Of a stretch of DNA of 12,040 bases, positions 7,469-12,040 are shown piece by piece; the first letter of the stretch is position 1, and every line of letters begins with the position of its first letter. Under the pieces are notes generated by a model. That model saw nothing but the letters and a program-made list of their open reading frames with translations. It was not told where the DNA came from and made no database searches. Made by a program: the position numbers and the translations under genes. The stretch comes from Opitutia bacterium (GTDB lineage Bacteria; Verrucomicrobiota; Verrucomicrobiia; Opitutales; T3Sed10-336), in the NCBI GenBank assembly GCA_050506795.1, contig JBJHCF010000074.1, positions 1 through 12,040 of the forward strand, given 5' to 3'.

Positions 7469-8733
7469 GGAGCCGCCATCCCATTGAACTCCCGCACTGC
7501 ATCGAGCATGGCGACGACGTTTTCGGTGGGAGTGCGGGCCTGGATGTTGTGAATGGTGTTGAACACGAACCCGCCGCCCGGGCCGAAAATCCGGCAGCGT
7601 TCGATCACTTCGTCGCGGACCTGCTGTGGGGTGCCGAATGGAAGCGTTTGCTGGGTATTGACGCCTCCGCCCCAGAAGGTGAGGCGGTCGCCGTATTTGT
7701 TTTTCAACAACTGTGGATCCATGCCGTCGGCCGAGCATTGGACCGGATTGATGATATCGAAGCCCGATTCGATAAAACTGTCGAGCAATGGTTCCACGGC
7801 GCCGCAAGAGTGCTTGAAGGTTTTCCAGCGTGTGTTTTGATGGATCCAGTCGTTGATCTTTTTGTAGCGCGGCAGCCAGATCCGTTCATAGGTTTCGACG
7901 CTGCAAAAGAGGGAGGTTTGGGTGCCGAAGTCGGTGCCGCAGACGACCACAACATCAATCACATCGCCCGCAATTTTGTGGAGTTTTTCCATATTGTGAA
8001 TGGCGATCTCGGTCTGCCGATCGAAGATTTTTCCGACGAAATCGGGTTCCTCGGATGTGAGCATGTACCAGTCCGCCACGCCCCGGACTCCCTTGGGATG
8101 GGTCAGAAAAGGGGCGGGAACCAGAGCGATGTCGCCGAGGCCGGTGCCGTTCAGATGGACGGAGACGGCCCGGTCGGAGCCCCGGGAGAGTTCGGCCTGT
8201 TCCTTCCAATACGTTTCCTCCTCCGTCGACATCGGGCCGAACTCTTCGAGATTGTCTTCGAGCTTCAATTCGTCCTCGTCGAAGTCCGGGTCGATTCGCT
8301 CGATGGTGTCAAAGAAGTAGCCGGTCTTGGGCATATGACCGCTGGGCGGGGCGGACCGGTCGCCTTGGGGAAAGATGAAGGTGTTCCCGTGCGGGTCGGT
8401 GGTGGTTTGAAAATGTTTGGAGACCAGCACCTGTTGTCCCCAGGGAGTGGTCCATGGCGTCCAATCCTCGTTGGGAAACCCGAAGATGGTGCGTTGCGGG
8501 AAGATCGGCCGGACATCGATTCCCATGGCGTCGAGCAGGTCTTCCTCGACGACCCCAAGCATCTGGTAGGGCTCGCCGATTTTGACCGGGCGTTCGGTGA
8601 GACCGTAGTGGTGTCGCAAACCTTCGACGACGCTGCAGTGGATGCCGGTGATGAAGGAGCTGCCGAAATCGATCGGGATGCGGTCGGGCTCGCGGTGGTT
8701 GAGACTCTCGATGACGCGTTGTTTGGAAGTCAT
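7465..8733 (-). CDS. Uroporphyrinogen-decarboxylase-fold (URO-D/MtaA-like) corrinoid-dependent methyltransferase
   Basis: 422 aa. N-terminus MTSKQRV...HREPDRIPIDFG, then GTDFGTQ, KHSCG, GFDIINPVQ, LTFWGG, LPFGTP and GGFVFNTIHNIQ. These are typical of bacterial URO-D-family methyltransferases rather than true HemE. Confidence 0.85.
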   Translation of the reverse strand: MTSKQRVIESLNHREPDRIPIDFGSSFITGIHCSVVEGLRHHYGLTERPVKIGEPYQMLGVVEEDLLDAMGIDVRPIFPQRTIFGFPNEDWTPWTTPWGQQVLVSKHFQTTTDPHGNTFIFPQGDRSAPPSGHMPKTGYFFDTIERIDPDFDEDELKLEDNLEEFGPMSTEEETYWKEQAELSRGSDRAVSVHLNGTGLGDIALVPAPFLTHPKGVRGVADWYMLTSEEPDFVGKIFDRQTEIAIHNMEKLHKIAGDVIDVVVVCGTDFGTQTSLFCSVETYERIWLPRYKKINDWIHQNTRWKTFKHSCGAVEPLLDSFIESGFDIINPVQCSADGMDPQLLKNKYGDRLTFWGGGVNTQQTLPFGTPQQVRDEVIERCRIFGPGGGFVFNTIHNIQARTPTENVVAMLDAVREFNGMAAP

Positions 8734-8757
8734 GGGCTGAAGGTGTCGGTGTCAGGT

Positions 8758-10143
8758 TTATGGCTGCGCGGCGAGGTATTCTTCCGGGTTGAATTTGGTG
8801 CGGTCGGATTCTTCGAGCATTTCGTCGATGAACTCGTCCTCGGTGTCGGGCATCTCGTCCAATTCGTCCTCCATGCGTTGGAGCCAGGAGGTTTCGCGGG
8901 GGTCGCTGGGCAGGCAACCCCCTTCGGTGGCTTCGCGAAGGATGGTGATCGCCGTCCGGGCGGCGGCGATGCCGGCGTGGTAGTGAGATTCCGATTCCAC
9001 GATCGATCCGGCGATGCGGACGCTGCTCTCGGGGGAGATGATCAGGGCCTGAGGATCGTGACCGGCATCCGATTTCACCAGCCAGTTGCGCAACGTCAGG
9101 GCCGATTCCTTGCCCTCGCCGGAGGCGCAATTCATCAGGCGGCAGTCGTAGACCAATTGCTCCATGTAGCAAGTGGGGGCCATGCCGGCGAGCAGTTTGA
9201 TGTTCTGGACGGATTCGTTCGACCAAAGATCGGCGGTGGCGGCGGCGAGGTTGCCCATCGGGCTGAGGTGGGCACAGGCGGCGGTTTTCCCTTCCATGCT
9301 CATGGGGCATCCGGTGATCGCCTTGAGGATCGGGTTTTCGTAACCGCAGTCTTTTCCGGGCCCGACGGCACCGCATTCGTAGGCGACGAGGGAGCGGACG
9401 GCGGTGATTGCCCGGACGACGGAGGCAAAGATGCGGGGGATCATTTTCCGTTCCGCCAGGACCATGGCGGTATTGCCGAAGCCACAAGCGGTGTCGCCGG
9501 CGGCGTATGCGCCATGCTTGTTCGCGATTGCGACGATATGATCCCAGAGGAATCGCATGTCCCGCACTCCGAGCACGCACAGCGCAAAAATTACGGCGCG
9601 AAGGTCGCCGTTGACCAGCGCGTCATCGTGCACCTCTTTGCCGCCCACGCTTTCGATGCTGAGGAATTCCGTGCCGGCGGCGGCGGAGCGGTCGAAGAGT
9701 TCGAGCATGGCGTCGAGGTAGCGCCCTCCGCGCATCACCGGGGGCCGGACGAATTCGCGGTTGTCGTTCGGCGTGCAACGCAATGTCGCCCTGAGGCCGT
9801 ACTTGTCGTGGGCGTGTTCGATGCCGTGGAGAAGGATGTCGACCACCTCCATGCCGAGGTCCGGAAACTCGGTCATCGGCGGCAGCGTTTCGAACTCCAG
9901 CATCACGCCGGGAATCTCCAGTTCCGCGGCCCGTTCGAGGGCGCCGGTGACGATCTGTTTGTAATGCCGGGCGATGGCGGGCATCGATTCCTTCCGGATG
10001 TCGATATCGGGTAGGGTGAAGTTGAGCTCCGGATACACGGTTCCCCCGCCGATGACCATGCCGTGGCGGGTGGTGATCGGGTGAGGCGCGTTTCCGTAGA
10101 TCAGGTCGACGGGATTGGAAATGGCGAGTTTGTTGAATGTCAT
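8758..10143 (-). CDS. mtaB: Methanol:corrinoid methyltransferase (MtaB family, MT1)
   Basis: 461 aa, similar along its length to bacterial (acetogen-type) MtaB as recalled: IGGGTVYPELNFTLP, LRCTPND, LSIESVGGKEVHD, GDTACGF, GPGKDCGYE, SMEGKTAACAHLS, WSNESVQN, EQLVYDCRLMN, DPQA. The Glu/Cys/Cys zinc ligands are present. Confidence 0.92.
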   Translation of the reverse strand: MTFNKLAISNPVDLIYGNAPHPITTRHGMVIGGGTVYPELNFTLPDIDIRKESMPAIARHYKQIVTGALERAAELEIPGVMLEFETLPPMTEFPDLGMEVVDILLHGIEHAHDKYGLRATLRCTPNDNREFVRPPVMRGGRYLDAMLELFDRSAAAGTEFLSIESVGGKEVHDDALVNGDLRAVIFALCVLGVRDMRFLWDHIVAIANKHGAYAAGDTACGFGNTAMVLAERKMIPRIFASVVRAITAVRSLVAYECGAVGPGKDCGYENPILKAITGCPMSMEGKTAACAHLSPMGNLAAATADLWSNESVQNIKLLAGMAPTCYMEQLVYDCRLMNCASGEGKESALTLRNWLVKSDAGHDPQALIISPESSVRIAGSIVESESHYHAGIAAARTAITILREATEGGCLPSDPRETSWLQRMEDELDEMPDTEDEFIDEMLEESDRTKFNPEEYLAAQP

Positions 10144-10169
10144 CGGCTGCGTTCGGTGTTAAGAGTCGG

Positions 10170-10802
10170 TTATCCGGCCAGAGCTTCCCGGGCGGCATCG
10201 ACGGCGCTGGCGGCGTCGCGCGAGTAGCCGTCGGCGCCGATTTCCGCCGCATAGGAATCGGTGATCGGCGCGCCTCCGACGAGGATTTTCAGATCGGTGT
10301 GACCGGCGTTGCGGATCGCGGCGACGGTATCCTTCATCGCCGGCATGGTGGTGGTCAGGAGGGCGGAAAGCCCGACCAGGTGCGGTTTGTGTTGGTCGAT
10401 GGCGGCGAGGAAGGCGTCGGCGCTGACGTTGACACCGAGATCGATCACTTCGAACCCGGCTCCCTTCCACATCGTGGCGACGAGATTCTTGCCGATATCG
10501 TGCAAGTCTCCCTCGACGGTACCGATGACGGCGGTGAATTCCGGCTTGATGCCGGCCGCGACCAATTTCGGTTCGATCTCGGTCATCGCCTGCTTCATGG
10601 CGCGCGCGGCGACCAGCATTTCCGGAACGAAGATTTCGTTTCTCTTGAAACGCTCGCCGACGACCGACATGGCGGGAATCAAGGCCTGTTCCAGGATGGC
10701 GGACGGTTCGACGCCGGAGTCGAGGAGGTCCGGCATGATGGCCTTGACCTCTTTGCGTTTGCCGTTGATTACGGCGGTTTTGAGATCTTCGAGTGTGCTC
10801 AT
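10170..10802 (-). CDS. Cobalamin-binding corrinoid protein (MtaC/MtbC/MttC-like methyl carrier)
   Basis: Likely start is ATG 10802 (MSTLEDLK..., 210 aa); the ORF-track extension to 11033 overlaps the regulator. Cap domain (GERF...EIFVPEML) and B12-binding GDLHDIGKNLV (DxHxxG), DLGVNV, GLSALLTTTM, VGGAP, IGADGY. Confidence 0.95.
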   Translation of the reverse strand: MSTLEDLKTAVINGKRKEVKAIMPDLLDSGVEPSAILEQALIPAMSVVGERFKRNEIFVPEMLVAARAMKQAMTEIEPKLVAAGIKPEFTAVIGTVEGDLHDIGKNLVATMWKGAGFEVIDLGVNVSADAFLAAIDQHKPHLVGLSALLTTTMPAMKDTVAAIRNAGHTDLKILVGGAPITDSYAAEIGADGYSRDAASAVDAAREALAG

Positions 10803-10871
10803 GACGATGTGTGGTGGACGGACGATTGTTGTCTTGTTTGGATTCCGGACAACGGAACGGTCAATTGGGGC

Positions 10872-10902
10872 AGTATAACCGAAGCCGACCGGTCGGGTCT
10901 TG
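10872..10902 (-). promoter_or_regulatory. Putative activator-dependent sigma70 promoter of the methyltransferase operon (CAAGAC-N19-TATACT)
   Basis: Near-consensus -10 TATACT (10877-10872) with no consensus -35, as expected for AraC-activated promoters. A perfect 12-bp palindrome CCGACCGGTCGG (10885-10896) lies in the spacer. Confidence 0.45.
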
Positions 10903-10918
10903 TAATCCGAGCTGGTTT

Positions 10919-11989
10919 TCAGGTACACACGTGTTTTTTGCCGGTTCGGACCCGTTTTCGGTAGTCCCCCGGAGACAGGGTTAGCGCGGCGCGGAAGGTT
11001 TTGTTGAAATGGCTTTGATCGTAGAATCCGCATTCGGCGCCGATCTCGGCGAGGCTCTTGTCGGTGCGGGCCAGCAATTCTTTGGCTTTGTTGACCCGCA
11101 TCTGGGAAAGCAGGTGGGAAAAGGAACGGCCCATCCGTTCGGTGACCAGCTTGCTGAAGTGACTTGGTGAAACGCCGGCGACGCGGGCCACATCGTCGCG
11201 GCGCAGGTGCTGGTGAAGGTTGGCCTGCATGTGGCGGATGGCTCGCAGGAGCAGAACGGAGTGGGGAAATTCGTGATTGCCGCGGATGCAGTCGATCAGC
11301 GTTTCCAGCATACGCCGAACCCAGGTGGAAAGATCCTCTTCGTCCTCGATTTCAGAGAGTTCCGTCAGAGAGCGGTAGTTGCTGCCAAGCGCGGTGGATG
11401 GTTCGGCGCCGGCTTCGACCGCGGCGCGATTCATCATGACGATCAGTTCGAGGACGCTGCTCTTTAAAAGATCCATGCGGTCTCCGGCGAGGGCGTAAAT
11501 CGCCGTAAGGATCCGGTTCAGGATGGATCGGGCGCGTTGGGTGTCGCTCTCTTTGATGGCGGCAAGCAAGTCGGGTTCCTCGTCCAGGTAGATGCTGCGC
11601 AAATCGTCGCTGACGGAATCTTTTTTGGCCGCTTCGATAGCATAGAAGCGGTCGCTTTCACGGGCGGCGCGTTGGCGGGCCAGTTCGACGGCGGCTCGCG
11701 GGAGAAGATTCTCGCGCAGGGCGAGTTTGAGGAGGGCGCCGGCCGCGTGTTGGACCCGGCCAGGCAGGTCCGGAGCGCCGGTTTCGAGATCGATGCCCTG
11801 GACAATCAAGGCTCCCTTGAGCGCATTGTTGTCCATGATCGGGACACCCCACATCGCGTAGCCGTTGTCGCAGCAGAGGTTGATCACCGTCTCTCCCCAG
11901 TAGAGGGTTTGCTCGGCGGCCTGGAGGCGGCGGCGTTGATTCTGCGACCGGCAGAAGCAATCGGTTCGGGGCTGGCCGCCGGCGACCAC
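10919..11989 (-). CDS. AraC-family transcriptional regulator with Cys-containing PocR-like N-terminal sensor (start uncertain)
   Basis: C-terminal double HTH: LRRDDVARVAGVSPSHFSKL...RVNKAKELL...LAEIGAECGFYDQSHFNKTFR...SPGDYR. N-terminal DCFC...NLCCDNGY..WGVPIM....KGALIV resembles a PocR domain. Helical middle region ELIVMMNRAAVEAGA. An in-frame TAA at 12017-12019 limits upstream extension. Confidence 0.88.
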   Translation of the reverse strand: MVAGGQPRTDCFCRSQNQRRRLQAAEQTLYWGETVINLCCDNGYAMWGVPIMDNNALKGALIVQGIDLETGAPDLPGRVQHAAGALLKLALRENLLPRAAVELARQRAARESDRFYAIEAAKKDSVSDDLRSIYLDEEPDLLAAIKESDTQRARSILNRILTAIYALAGDRMDLLKSSVLELIVMMNRAAVEAGAEPSTALGSNYRSLTELSEIEDEEDLSTWVRRMLETLIDCIRGNHEFPHSVLLLRAIRHMQANLHQHLRRDDVARVAGVSPSHFSKLVTERMGRSFSHLLSQMRVNKAKELLARTDKSLAEIGAECGFYDQSHFNKTFRAALTLSPGDYRKRVRTGKKHVCT

Positions 11990-12040
11990 ACCGCCGGCGG
12001 CATTTGTCAGCAGGAGTTAGAAACTGCTGGAGGTAGTGTA

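Noticed and set aside
7469..7807. N-terminal extension of the DUF1638 ORF (track start 7807)
   Set aside because: Arg-rich off-frame overlap with the URO-D gene; the ATGA coupling at 7465-7468 marks the real start.
7465..8733. hemE (true uroporphyrinogen decarboxylase)
   Set aside because: Lacks the HemE RQAGR signature, has an HxC metal motif, and sits among corrinoid methyltransferase genes.
8734..8760. Stop-codon readthrough fusing MtaB to the URO-D protein (in frame, 24-nt gap)
   Set aside because: The stop is TAA (not a Pyl/Sec codon), in-frame spacing has a 1-in-3 chance, and both proteins have normal termini.
7549..10014. 821-aa plus-strand ORF (and other long + ORFs at 662, 1623, 3117, 3961, 6115, 10137)
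   Set aside because: Antisense shadows of GC-biased minus-strand genes with no motifs. The 821-aa length arises because mtaB and the URO-D gene happen to be in the same frame (24-nt gap).
10803..11033. N-terminal extension of the corrinoid protein (track start 11033)
   Set aside because: Overlaps the AraC gene end and the promoter region; family members are about 210 aa, matching ATG 10802.

Overview
GC-rich bacterial DNA (roughly 60-65% GC by eye). The C/A-rich leaders without Shine-Dalgarno motifs are compatible with a Verrucomicrobia/PVC-type host (inference). Almost the whole window (725-11989) is one co-oriented minus-strand cluster. In transcription order: a PocR-like/AraC regulator, a cobalamin-binding corrinoid protein (MtaC-like), a methanol:corrinoid methyltransferase (MtaB), a URO-D/MtaA-fold methyltransferase, a DUF1638 protein, an ASKHA/[2Fe-2S] corrinoid reactivase (RACo), aldose 1-epimerase (GalM), a three-domain fusion of a MocD-like membrane di-iron oxygenase, a MocE-like Rieske ferredoxin and an NqrF-type FAD/NADH reductase, and a xylose-isomerase-like TIM-barrel protein. 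The main point of interest is an O2-independent B12 methyl-transfer module next to a self-sufficient O2-dependent demethylase-type oxygenase and sugar epimerases. This suggests a dual oxic/anoxic system for O-demethylating a methylated sugar or cyclitol, possibly with MtaB working in reverse to release methanol (hypothesis). The left end carries a probable plus-strand gene remnant and a hairpin-rich convergent intergenic region. No rRNA, tRNA, CRISPR array or mobile element was seen.
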